A DNA stretch of 64,000 bases from NCBI GenBank assembly GCA_014905635.1, contig JABVCE010000036.1:186001-250000 (forward strand). Direction: 5' to 3'. A program made the position numbers and the translations under genes. Shown here one piece after another: positions 19,020-33,222 of this stretch; position 1 is the stretch's first letter; every line of letters starts with the position of its first letter. This DNA comes from Scenedesmus sp. PABB004. Lineage: Eukaryota. A model generated the notes under the pieces. It was given only the letters and a program-made list of their open reading frames with translations. It was not told where the DNA came from and did not search any database.

Positions 19020-19604
19020 GCGCAGCGCGGGGAGCTGTCTTGTTGACTGCGCAGCAACGTGCGGCGCTGAGCGCAGCGCCGGGCGCTTTCGTCGACTGCG
19101 CAGCTGCTGCTGCGGCTGCGCGTCCCGTGCCCCCGCGGCGCCGCGTGCATGGGCGCCGCAGCCTGCCCATGGCGGCCCCCTGCATTGATGACGGGGCGCG
19201 TGCGCGCGTGGGCTTGACGCGCGGCACGCGCGTGACTGGCGCCGGCTTACGCCTGGTCGGCGAGCTGATAGGGAACTGCGCGCTGCGAGCCGGCGGCTTG
19301 CGCGCGCGAGGGCGGCGCGGCGGCCGTCGCCGGCGCCGGGCGGCGGCGCACCTGACTTGATAGTTGCTGAACGGCGGGGCCGTGCGTGTGGCCGATCAAT
19401 GCGCCTCACGTGGCACCGCGTGCACTGGTGTGACTGCTGAGCCGGCTGCACATGGTGAAACCTGTGCATCGGCTGCTCCCGTGCCCCCGCGGTGCTGCGT
19501 GCGTGGGTGCCGCAGCCTGCCGATGGGGGCAGGCACTGACCGACGACGGGGCGCGTGCGCGCGTGGGAGGGGGGCCTAACGCGCGGCACGCGCGCGAGTC
19601 TGGT
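19003..19604 (+). repeat. Local duplications downstream of the GT2 gene
   Basis: A ~51-bp tandem duplicate (19003-19053 / 19054-19104) and a diverged ~120-bp direct repeat (about 19123-19240 and 19477-19604). Confidence 0.8.
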
Positions 19605-20153
19605 GTTGCTGGCACCGGCTGTCCTCGTTGACTGCGACTCGCGGTGAAATGCGTTGGTGCGCGACGGCTGAATTGCCCAGGTGTGTGCAAGGCGTCCCAC
19701 ACACACACAAAGGGAAGGGGGGGGGCGTCGCTGGACAGGGTTCAAACAACGCGCGGGCTCGCAAACTTGCGCGCGTCGTTGTCGGTCGTCGTCGTGCAAC
19801 GCGCTGCCTGTTGATGGCGCAGACCGCGCACCGCGCCCAGAAACGAGCGCCCAGCTCTCGCACGCCCTCGCAGCTCTCTCGCCGCAGCGGCAGCAGCGGC
19901 GGCAGCAGCGGCGCTGCCGCACCCTCCACGTTCGCCGCGCGGCGCCGCGGCCTCGCCCTCTCGCAGCGGCGTTGGTCAGACACCAGACGCGCCCACGGGA
20001 CCGCGGCGGCGCTGGCAATCCAGCCCGCGCCCCGCCGCGCCAGTCGTCAGGGGGCGCCGGGCGAGGCCAGGTCCCGCGGCGGCGCCGCACGCGCCCCGGC
20101 CGCCCCGCACTCCTCGCAGCCCGCGCTGAGCAGCAGCGCGCGCGGCGGCGGCC

Positions 20154-23100
20154 ATGGCGTCCGCCGTCGGCTCTGCGGCCGGCGGCGCAACCGCCGAGGC
20201 CGATCTCGTGGGCCGGTGCGGCCTGCGCCCGGCACGCAGGACGCCGCCGCGGAGCCCTCCCCCTCTCCCCGCTGGCTCCCACACCCACCCCGCCGCCCGC
20301 CTGGCCGCCCGCCCCCGCGGCCAGCCCGCGCGGCCAGCCCCCGCCGGCGTCCGCGGAGCCGATCGACGTGCCCCGCCTGCTCGCGCGGCTGCCCGCGTAC
20401 GCGCGCGCGGGCGGCGCCTCGGAGCGCGGCACGCGGGACATGCTGAACCTGCTGTCGTCGCCGCCGGGCTCCACGCTGCTCGCGGTGCCGCCGGGGTCGC
20501 TGGTCAATGGCAACTGTTTGACCGGGCAGTTTGACCAGCTGGTCAATGACGTCTACAAGGTCCGCATGGGCGCAGTCTATGCTCAGTTTTGCACCGGTGC
20601 GGCGCCACGCGCGGGCGCCCGAGGCGACGGCGCGCGGGCCCTCGCCCCGCCCGACTCCGCTGCGCGCGCGCCGCGCGGGGCCGGCAGGCGCGAGCGCTCG
20701 CCCGCCCGCCCACCCGCCCGCCGCCGCCGCGACCGCCGCCGCCCTGGCACCACAGGCGTGACTGCCGAGTTTGCGCTCAAGCTGCGCTCGGTCGTGGGCG
20801 GCCCGCGCGGCGCCGACCCCGCGCACCTGCTCGCCGACCTGCGCGCGCGCCACCCGGCCGTCTTGCGGTGCGCCGCCGCGCGGGGCCACGTGGAAGCCCC
20901 GGGGCGCGTGCTGCGGCCCGTCTTCCGCCGCCTGACGCCGCCTGACGCCGCCCGCTGCCCGCCGCCCGCCGCCCGCCGCGCGCCGCGGCCGCGCAGCGCG
21001 CTGACCGCGCGCGTGAGCGGCCAGCTGCAGCGCCTCGCGCCGCTCTCGCCGCCGGTGCTCGAGGCGCTGGGGGAGTTTCACGGCGGCTACAGGCCCCCGC
21101 AGGCGCGCGCAGTCGGCGACCCGCCGGCAGCGCCGCGGCCCCGCGCCCGCCCCTGCGCACGTGCGCCGAGCCGTGCCCGCGCCCGCGCCGCGCGCCAGGT
21201 GCTGCTGGAGCGGCTCGCTGCGTGCGGCGTCGCGCCGGTGCGGTGGGTCGACGTCGACGGCGGCCCCATCGCCGTGGGCTCAGGTGAGGGGGTTGGTTAG
21301 TCCCCTGTCTCCGTGCTCGAGAGGCGCCGCCGCCGGGCGCGCGCCCGCGCGCAAGCGCGCGCTCGCGCACACACGCACACACGCGCGATCTTCACTCGCG
21401 CGCAGGGCCCATCGAGGCGGCGAGCAACACCGAGACGTCCACGATGCAGGCGGTCCAGGCGGCGGTCATCGCGGGCGCCGCGGCCGACGCGGACGCCGCC
21501 GCCGCCGCCGCCGCCGCACACGCGGGCGCGAGCGCGGGCGCCCCGCAGCTAGACCGCACCGAGCGGCTCGCCAACAGCCTGGGCCGGCTCGTGGGCGTGG
21601 TGAAGGCGCTCAACAGGCTGGGGCACGGCTGCGACATCATGCTCATGGCCGGTGCGCGGCGGGCGGCGGCGGCGGCGGCGCACGGCGGCGGGCAGCTCGC
21701 ACGCAGCGCGGCGCGGCGCGGCCTCCAGCCCCCGCCTGCCGCCGCCTCGCCGCCCCGCCCCGCGCGCCGCCTCCTCCCGAGCCAGGCCGGCGCTCGACCG
21801 ACGTGCTGCACCTGGTGCTGCAAAACCTTTATTTTATGCGACACGCCACCGGCTACGCAGGTGACTGCGCGCGTGCGCGGGCTGTTGGATGCTGCGCCTC
21901 GGCGCGCGCGCGCAAGAGGCTCCCCGAGGGCGCGCGGCGCCGGGCTGCCGCCAGTGCGGGGCGCCGACGCGCTGCTGACGTGGGGCGCACGCGTGTGCGC
22001 AGGCACCTCCTCCCTGCTTGCCGCGGCGGCGCTGCGGCAGGCGCTCGTGGACGGCGGCGTGCCGCGCGGCGCGCGCCAGGCGCTCGTGGGGCGGCTCGCG
22101 GGCACGCACGCGCACGAGCTGACCAGCGCGCTGCAGCAGCTCGCGGCGGGCTTCGACGACGAGGCCGGCCGCGCCTGCGGGCTCGCGGTGCGCGCCGCAC
22201 CGGCGCCGCCCGGGGCCTCTCCTCCGCCGCGCCGCCACTGCGCGCCCGCTGACGCGGCACTGCGGCACGCCCGCCGCCGCGCGCCGCGCGCGCAGTCGCC
22301 GGTGTGCGTGACGCAGCTGCTGTCCCACCTGCTCTTCCTGCTGGCCAACGGCGACCAGGACGCGCGCACGGCGCTGCCCGACACGTTCACGACGCCCGCG
22401 TTTGTGCGCGTGTCGCTGCTGGCAGACGTGCCGCGCGAGTTTGCCGACGACGCCGCCGCGCGCTGGGGCGCGCCGCCACTGCAGGGGCCGGCCAAGGTGT
22501 TTGACCTCTTCACGTGAGCCGCCCCTCCCCCAGTGCCCCCCCTCCCTCCTGCCCCTCTGCTGGCGTCAGGGCATGGGGGGGGGGGGGGGGGGCGTGCCCT
22601 GCACAGCCTCGGGCGCCCGAGGCCACGGCCGGCCCCCTCACGCCGCCCCGCGCCGCCCCGCGCCGCACCCGTCGCGCAGCGTGTGGCGCATCGACAGCGG
22701 CGACTACGCCTCCGCGGCAGCGCTGGTGCTTGACGCGTGGCGCGTGCGCGCCGCCGACCGCGCCGCCGCGGGCCTGGCGGCGCTGCCGCGGCCGCGCTTC
22801 CTGCACAGCAACATCGGCAGCGTCGACGACGTCCGCCAGGTCAGCACGGAGCCGGCGCCTGCTGCGCCGGCCCTGCCGTTGCCCGCCCACGCGCCCGTGC
22901 GCCCCCCCCCTCCCTCCCTTCCTTGTCCACCGCCTGCTGCGCCCCGCCCGCGGCGCAGCTCGCGGGCCTGCCAGAGGAGGTGCGGCCCTTCTGCCTCGGC
23001 TTTGGCGGCCTCGGAGACAGCTTCCTGCCATTCCTGCCCGCCGGGGAGGAGGAGGAGGGCCAGGCGGCGGGGGCGGCGCAGGCGCAGGCGGCGCAGCAGG

Positions 23101-23621
23101 ACGCGGCGCAGCAGGACGCGGCGCAGCAGGACGCGGCGCAGCAGGACGCGGCGCCGGTGCAGGCGGCGACGCAGGAGGCGGTGACGCTGCCGGTGTGTTC
23201 ACTGGTGATGAAGGTGGTGCAGGCGCGCCGCACATCACAGCACAGCATGCCAGCTGGCGCCGGCGGCAGCGAGCCGCAGGGGCCAGCCGGCGCGTCGGCG
23301 GGCAGCGGCGCCGCCTGCGAGGGCCCCGCGGCCGCGCGCGCGCGCCGCGCGGCGCTGCTGGCGGCGTCGCGCCAGGCGTGCGCGGTGAAGCTGGGCGACG
23401 GCGGCCTGGGCAAGGCGCAGGTGGACCCGCGCCTGCCGCCGGCGGCGCGCGCGGCGGCGCTGGCGCGCGCTCAGGACATGGTGGCCGCGTCGGCGGCGTT
23501 ATGCCTGGGGCCCGACGGCGCGCCCGACGCCGGCCTGCTGGAGCGCCAGGCGGCCGCGGTGAGCGCGGTGCTGGCGAGCGCGTACGTCGCGGTGGCGCGC
23601 GAGGGCGGGCTCAATGCGTGA
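20154..23621 (+). CDS. Hypothetical protein, about 11 exons
   Basis: Consistent exon chain MASAVGS...PIDVPRLLARLPAYARAGG...GQFDQLVNDVYKVRMGAVYAQFCTG|VTAEFALKLRSVVG...STDVLHLVLQNLYFMRHATGYAG...SPVCVTQLLSHLLFLLANGDQDAR...VWRIDSGDYASAAALVLDAW...REGGLNA*. Likely GC-AG intron 21103-21198. Family not recognised. Confidence 0.75.
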
Positions 23622-23736
23622 GCGGCCGGCGGCGGCGGGGCGCGGGGCGGCTGGCCGCGGGGCGCGGGCTAGCCCCCAACTGGAACCGCCGCAGTTGCAC
23701 GGGCACGCCGCGCGGCTCACGCGGCGGGCCGCGCGC

Positions 23737-26257
<2,521 letters not shown>

Positions 26258-26535
26258 GGTCGTGCCGCGGTGGGGGAGCACGCAAGCGCCCAAACTCTGT
26301 TGCTGCTGCTGCAGCTGCTGCTGCTCCGCGGGCGCTGCTGACGCGGGTCGTGGGGCACCCGGGCGTCAGTGATTGCCGGCCTGAGAGCGGCGGGCGAACA
26401 GTGGGTGGCTCCCTGGCGCGCGAGCGGTCTTTGCCCGCTTCGACCCTCGGCCACGCCGCGCAGATGCCCGCTCGCGCGCGCCGCGGCTCGCCGTTCCGTC
26501 TTGATTCGACCCCCGCATCCCCAGACACGGCAGCC

Positions 26536-28535
26536 ATGGCGCTGCGCTCCGCGAACAGCCGCGCGTTCGGCGCCGGGCAGCGGCAGCGGCCCCAGGCCGC
26601 GCGCCCGCGCCTGACGGTGGCCTGCCGCGCCAGCGCTGCGACGCCGGGTCGGCGCGAGCTGCTGCAGACCGGTGCGGCGACCACTTCACTGCCGTGCAGA
26701 TCGCCCCTGGCCCGGCGCCTCTCGCGCGCGTTTGGCGCGGCGGGGCGGCGCATCCGCCGGCGCACCGGCTGCGCGTGCCGCACGAGCCGAATGCGCGCCG
26801 CACCGACGCCGCCGCGCCGCGCCGACGCCCGCCGCCCGCGCTCCCGCACTCCGCTGCCGCAGGCGCCGCCGCCGCGGCCGCCGCGCTGCTGCAGGCCGGC
26901 CCCGCCTCCGCCGCGGTGAGTCCCGGCGACGGGCCAGCAGCGAGCGGGGGCCAGCAGCGCGCGGGGGAGCCAGCGCCCGCCCGCCGCATGGGCGGCGCGC
27001 CGCGCGCGCCGCGCGCGCCGCCCACGCCCACGCCCGCGCGCTGCCCGCTGCGCGCCTTCTCCCCAGATGCGTGAGATGTCGGTGAGCTCCCTGTCCACCT
27101 TCCAGAAGGGCGCGCAGCGCACCGCGTTCCAGGCGGCGGCGGAGGCCGCGCTCAAGCCCGTGTTTGGCGCGGCCGACGCGCCGGGGCTGTTTGCGCTGAT
27201 GCTGCACGACGCCGCGACCTACGACGCCGAGGCCAAGGCCGGCGGCTTCGACGGCTCCATCCTCATCTCCAGGTCAGCCACAGCAGCAGCGCCGCGTGCG
27301 CCGCGCGAGGGCGCCGGGCGCGGCCGCGCGCAGCGACCCGCCGCCGCCCCGCCCGCCGTCGACCACCCTCCCGCCGTCCGCCGCGCCCCCACCCCGCCGC
27401 CGCACCCCTGCCGCGCAGCGAGGAGCTGGGGCGCCCCGAGAACGCGGCGCTGAAGCCCCTCGCGGAGCGGCTCAAGGCGGCCAAGCCGGCCGTGGACGCC
27501 GCGGTCACCGCGCTCGGCAGCCCCGCGATCAGCTACGCCGACTTGCTGGTCCTGGCCACCAAGGTCGCCACGACCGCGGCCTGGAAGGAGGTCAAGGTCC
27601 GCCGCGGCAGCGCCGCGCCGCGGCAGAGGTCCCTGCCACGCACGCCCGGGGGGCGGGCGCCTCGTCGCCCGCCGCGGCGCGGCGCGCGGCCGGTCAGCAG
27701 CAGACCGCCGCCGCCGCTGTCGCTGCGCCACAGATGAAGCGCGTGCAGACCACGAGCGGCGGCGAGATCATCACCAGCGTCTACGGCACCGACTGGCCGG
27801 TGCGCCTCGGCCGCCTCGACAGCGCGGCGCCCGGCCCCGCCGGCCGCCTGCCGCCCGCGGGCGCGCCCGTGGCCGACGTCGTGGCGTTTATGAAGCAGCT
27901 GGGCGCCAAGCCGGGTGCGGCGCGGCGGGGCAGACGCGGCGGCGACGCGCGCGCCGGGCCGGCTGCGCCGGGGTTGAGGCTGCGCGCGAGACGCGCGCCC
28001 GCGCGCCGGACCGCCCGCGCCTGCCTCACGCGGCCCGCCGCGCCGCCCGCGCGCGCGCACGCCCGCGTGGCGCCCGCGTCGCAGGCGCCGGCGGCGGCCC
28101 CTTCACGCCCAAGCCGCCGTTCTGGGAGCGCCCGACCTTCTTCGTCTGGCCCGCCGCGTCGGCCGACCCCGCGGCCGAGGAGGCGCGGTTTGTCGCGGAG
28201 CTGCCCGACGCGTTTGCGGGGGCCAAGGCCGACGCGGACCGCAGCCGCGGCACGCTCACGCGCACGGGTGCGCCGCGGCGCGGCGCGGCGCCGCGCCTCG
28301 ACTCCTCCGCCCCCAAGCTCGCCCGCCTCCTCCCTCGCACACCCTGCTCATCGCCCCCGACCCCTCGCCCTCAAATCCCCCCCCCCCACACACACACACT
28401 CGCGCTCACTCCCTGCCACATTCAGACTACGAGGTCGAGTTCATCAACGCGTTCACCAAGCTCGCGGCCACTGGCGCGGTCTTCGACCCCGACGCCTACC
28501 TGCACCCCGAGGAGACGCTCGCGCTCAAGTTCTGA
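26536..28535 (+). CDS. APX4: Thylakoid lumen 29 kDa protein (APX4/TL29, ascorbate-peroxidase-like), 7 exons
   Basis: Bipartite transit peptide with twin-Arg (GRRELL...ASAA). Motifs LMLHDAATYDAEAKAGGFDGSI, EELGRPEN, ISYADLLVLA, VRLGRLD and DRSRGTLTRTDYEVEFINAFTKLAATGA match TL29. Confidence 0.88.
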
Positions 28536-28960
28536 GAGAAGAGAGGGGGCGCCGGGCCGCGCGGCGCGTGCCGCGGCGGCGAGCTGCGGGCCGGAGTGTG
28601 AGGGACGCCCGCGCCGCCGCGGTCCCGCCGACGCGCGCGCGCCCGCGCCCACCGCGCCGCGGGTCCCGCCCACGTGCGCCCGCGCCCGCCAGCGGCGGCG
28701 CGCCGGCAAGCAGCGCGCGCGCGGCAGCTGGGCGTCACACGACCAGCGCGGCCAGCGCGAACACTGGCACAGCTCGGGCGCAGACCGCGGTTGAGCACCG
28801 GCGCTCGTTCTGCCGCGCCGGCCGCCGCCGCCGCGCCCGCCGCCGGGGGCTCAATTCGAGCGACCACCAGCTGCGCGACACCGTGCCGCGTCACGCCGAC
28901 GCCCGCGCCGGCAGCGCCGCCATCCGAGCGCGAGGCGTGCGCATCAAAGGGCAGCGCGAA

Positions 28961-31900
28961 ATGCAGTTCCTCGCCGGCGGCCGCGCCCGCCTGGCAGCGC
29001 CGGCTGGCGCTCGCCAGGCTCAGGCGGCAGCCATAGCGCGTCCCGCGGCGCCAGCGCGCGCGCTGCAGCGCCGGCAGGGAGCCTCGCCCCGGCAGCTGGC
29101 TGCTGCCGCGCCGCCCCGCGCGCACGCGCGTCGCGTCGCCGCGGCCTCCTCGCCAGCGCCTGGCGCCGTGGCGCTGCAGGCTCCGGGCCAGCACCTGGAC
29201 CAGGTGGGGCGCCGCCGCGCGCGCAGCGGCGGTTGCGCCGGTCCCGCGCTGCTCGCGGCGGCTGCGCGGCCGCCGGTGGGGTGGGGCCGGGCAGCCACGC
29301 CAGGCCGGCACGCACTGCCAGGACGCGCCCGCCGGCAGCGGCGCCCGCAGCGCGCGCGCCGGTACCGCCGCCGCCGCCGCGCCGCGCCCACGCTCTCCCC
29401 GCGCACCCGCGACGCGCGGCGCCGCCTGCAGGTCAACGTGGTCTACAAGTTTGGCGGCTCCTCGGTGCGCGACGCGGAGCGCATGCGCGAGGTGGCAGAC
29501 ATCATCTGCTCCTTCCCGGACAACCTCCCGGTCGTCGTGCTCTCCGCCATGGGCAAGGTGCGGCGGCGGCGCGGCGCGGCGCGGCGCGCGTGCGTCCGTC
29601 CTGCAAGCAGCGGCGGCGGGCAGTGGGGCTGGCGGGCGCCGCCTCCGCTGCGCGCCGCGCGCTCAGCGTGTGCGCCCCCGCCGCGCCGCGCCGCGCGCGC
29701 CAGACCACCAACATGCTGCTGGAGTGCGGCGAGCTCGCGCTGAGCTCGCCCACGGACGCGGTGCCCAACATGGCGCCGCTGCGCGCGATCCGGGAGCTGC
29801 ACCTGGAGACGTGCGACGCGCTGGGCGTCGAGCCGGGCGTGCGGGCGGAGGTCGAGGCGCTGCTGTCCAACCTGCAGCAGCTGCTCATCGGGATCTCCAT
29901 CATGCAGGTGGGCCGACTGCCTCGCGCAGCAGCGCCCCAACCCCCAGCAGCTCGCGGGCAGGCATCGAGTGCGCCAGCAGCAGCCAGCAGCCGCGCGGGC
30001 GCCGAACGCCGCCGCGCCCGCCGCACCCGCCGCACCCGCGTCGCAGGACCTCACGCCGCGCGCCAAGGACTCGCTCTTGTCCTTTGGCGAGCGCCTGTCG
30101 ACGCGCATCTTTGCGTCGTACCTGCGCTCGCGCGGCGTGCCGGCGGGCCAGCACGACGCGCCCGAGATGGGCCTCGTCACGACCGACGACTTTGGCAACG
30201 CCGACGTCATCTACGAGGACACGCTCAGCAAGGTGGGAGGCAGGACAGGGTTGAGCGGCGCCGGGGCGCCGGGGCGCCGGGGCGCAGCCAGGGCGCCGGG
30301 GCGGCAGGGCGGGGCGGGGCGCGCAGCAGCAGGGCGGCGGCGGCCCGCGCGACACCTCACCGCGGCCTCACCGCCCCGCCTCACCGCCGCCGCAGGTCAA
30401 GGCGTCGCTGACGCAGGCCCCCGGCGGGCCGCGCGCGGTGCAGGTGGTCACCGGCTTCCTGGGCAAGGCCAAGCACAGCGGCGCGGTCACCACGCTCGGC
30501 CGCGGCGGCAGCGACCTCAGCGCGACCGTCATTGGCGCGGCGATGGAGCTGCGGGAGGTGCAGGTGCGCCCGCGCCGGGCGCCTCCGTGCCGCGCCAGGC
30601 GGGGCGCCTCCCTCTGCTGCGCGCGCCGCCGCCGCGCCGCAAGCCCCGCGCCCGACCCTCAATCCTCGACCCGGCCGCCCGCCCCCGCCCCGCCCCGCCT
30701 CGCGCAGGTGTGGAAGGACGTCGACGGCGTGCTGAGCAGCGACCCGCGCATCGTGCCCGGCAGCCTCCCCGTGACGGAGCTGACGTACGAGGAGGCCACC
30801 GAGCTCGCCTTCTTCGGCGCGCAGGTGCGCCACGGGAGGGAGGCTGCGACGTTCGCCGGCCGTGCGCCGGCTGTGCGCGCCTGGCGGCTGCGGCGCGCGT
30901 GTGGGCTCGCGCGCAAGCCAACGCGCCCCTGCCGCCCCCGCGCGCCGCGCGCCGCCAGGTGCTGCACCCGCTCGCGATGCAGCCCGCGATCCGGTCCAAG
31001 GCGATGGCGGTGCGCGTGAAGAACAGTTACAACCGCGCCGCCCCGGGCACGCTGATCACCAAGTCGCGCGACATGGCGTGCAGCCTCGTCACGTCCATCG
31101 TGCTCAAGAACAACGTCACGCTCGTCGACATCGTGTCCAGCCGCATGCTCGGCCAGTTCGGTGCGCGGGGGCAGGGGGAGGGCTTGGGGTCGAAGCCGGC
31201 CCGCCCGCGCGGGCGCCGCGCCGCGCCGGGCCGGCGAGAGCGGGGCGGGGCGGGGGCGGCGCCCGCGCGCCGCCGGCGTCCGCGCCGCTCACGCGCCCCG
31301 CCCCGCCGCACCCGCACCGCCCTGCCTCCCTAAACCCTCAACCCCCAAGGCTTCCTGGCCAACGTGTTTGACGTCTTCCGCGCCAACCAGGTGCGCGCGC
31401 GGCTGCAGCGGCGGCGGCAGACGCAGCTGGTCTCTGCCCCCCCCCCTGCCTGCTCCTCCTTGCAGCGCGCTCACGCGTGCCCCGCGCCGGTCGCCGCGCG
31501 CGCCGCCAGGTGTCTGTCGACGTCGTGGCCACGTCCGAGGTCTCCATCTCGCTCTCCCTCGACCCCAAGAAGTCGTGGAGCGACGGCGAGGTGCGGCGCA
31601 CGCACGCCGCCGCCGCGCCCTGCGCGCTGCACGCGCCGCCCGCACACGCCGCCCGCCCGCGCACACGCTGCCGCCGCCGCCCGCGCACACGCTGCCGCCG
31701 CGCCGCCGCCGGACCGCCCGCGTGCCGCGCAGGTCGGCGAGGAGCTGAGCCACCTGGTGTATGAGCTGGAGAAGATCTCCAGCGTGCGGCTGCGCAGCAA
31801 CATGTGCATCCTCAGGTGCGGGGAGCGGGGCCGGCGTTGCGGGGAGCGGGGTCGGCGCCGCCGGCGCGCGCAGTGCTCAGAGCCTCCCCTGTGCTTACGC

Positions 31901-32374
31901 TGCTCGCCTGCCCTGCCCCCTCCCCTCCTCAGCCTCATCTGCAACGTCGAGCGCACGAGCGAGATCCTGCTGCGCACGTTCCGCGTGCTTATAGAGCAGG
32001 GCATCAACGTGTCGATGATGAGCCAGGGCGCGAGCAAGGTGCGCAGCGGGCGAGGGGGCGGCGCGGCGCGGCGCGGCGCGTGCGGGCGCAGGCATTGGCT
32101 CGCTTGGGGGGGGGGGGGGGGGGGGGGGGGGGGCGCTTGGTGGGGCGCGGGGCGCCGTGCGAGCCCCGTGCGCGCTGACCGGCGGGCGCCGCCGCCGGGG
32201 GGCGCGCGGCCGCAGGTCAACATCTCGCTCGTGGTCGACGGCAGCGAGGGCACGCGCGCGGTGCAGGCGCTGCACCGCGAGTTCTTCGAGGACGCGCCCG
32301 CCTGCGCGCCCGCCGCCGCGGGCAGCAACGGCAACGGCGCGCACGCGGCCGAGCCCGCGGGCTCGCGGCGCTGA
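28961..32374 (+). CDS. Plastid monofunctional (lysine-sensitive type) aspartate kinase, 12 exons
   Basis: VYKFGGSSV, VVVLSAMGKTTN, LLSFGERLSTRIF, VVTGFLGK, TTLGRGGSDLSAT, QVWKDVDGVLSSDPRIV, EATELAFFGAQVLHP and two ACT domains (MLGQFGFLANVF, SVDVVATSEVSISL, MSQGASKVNIS). Confidence 0.96.
31328..31346 (+). repeat. Short telomere-like CCCTAAA-CCCTCAA tract before an AAG acceptor
   Basis: CCCTAAACCCTCAACCCCC immediately before AAG|GC TTC in an aspartate kinase intron. Confidence 0.5.
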
Positions 32375-32384
32375 CGCGGCGGGC

Positions 32385-32450
32385 GGGGCGCAGCGGGGCG
32401 CAGCGGGGCGCAGCGGGGCGCAGCGGGGCGCAGCGGGGCGCAGCGGGGCG
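32385..32450 (+). repeat. (GGGGCGCAGC)~6 minisatellite in the 3' UTR of aspartate kinase
   Basis: Visible 10-bp tandem repeat starting about 10 nt after the stop codon. Confidence 0.9.
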
Positions 32451-33222
32451 GGGGGCGCGGCAACTGCGGACGGGACGGGCGGGGGGCCAACCGGACGGCT
32501 GCGGGGCGCAGCACGGCGCTGCAGCAGCAGCGCCGCCGCCGCTGCGGAAGCGGGGGGGAGGGTTGACGGGGCGGCGCGGCACAGCGCGCGGCCCGGCGCG
32601 CGAGGCACGCGGCGCGGCGGCGCCCGGCGCCTGGGCTCCGGCGCGTGGGCGGGTGCTGAAAGCCCACCGGCCCGCGCGCCAGGAGTCGGGGGCGGGCAGC
32701 GCCGCGGGCGGCGGCGGCGCCGGCACGCGGCCGGCACGATTTTGTGGGCCCAGGCCTGGGTGCGTGGCGTGCGCAGCTGCAGCAGGAGTGTGCGCTGTGT
32801 GTGTTGCGCTAACCAGCCGGCAGCATGCTGCCGGCCGGGTGGCTCTAGATTGCCCGCGAGCGGCTGCAGATGAGCCGCAGCTGCCGCGCTGGCTGCTGCT
32901 GCCGCCGCGCACCACGGCGCGCCCCTGTGTGCGCCGCAGCGCAGCGCAGCGAGCGAAGAAGTGCCGTTGGCGTTGCACATACACACAGCTCGGGCGTGTG
33001 GGGCCGCGTCCTGGGCGGTTCGTCGGTCGGGCCGCCGGGCCGTCACACGAGTAAAACGCTGGCGTTCGCAGCCTGTAGCCGACAGTCAGGCTGGGCTGTC
33101 CACCTCGGTGCCCACCTCGGCGTTCGCAGGCAGCTCGGTTGGCGTGGAGCCGCCCCGGGCTCAGGTCCAGCCGCTGCGCCCGGCCCGGTTTGACCGTGCC
33201 GCCGCGCGCCCGCCACGGCGCC

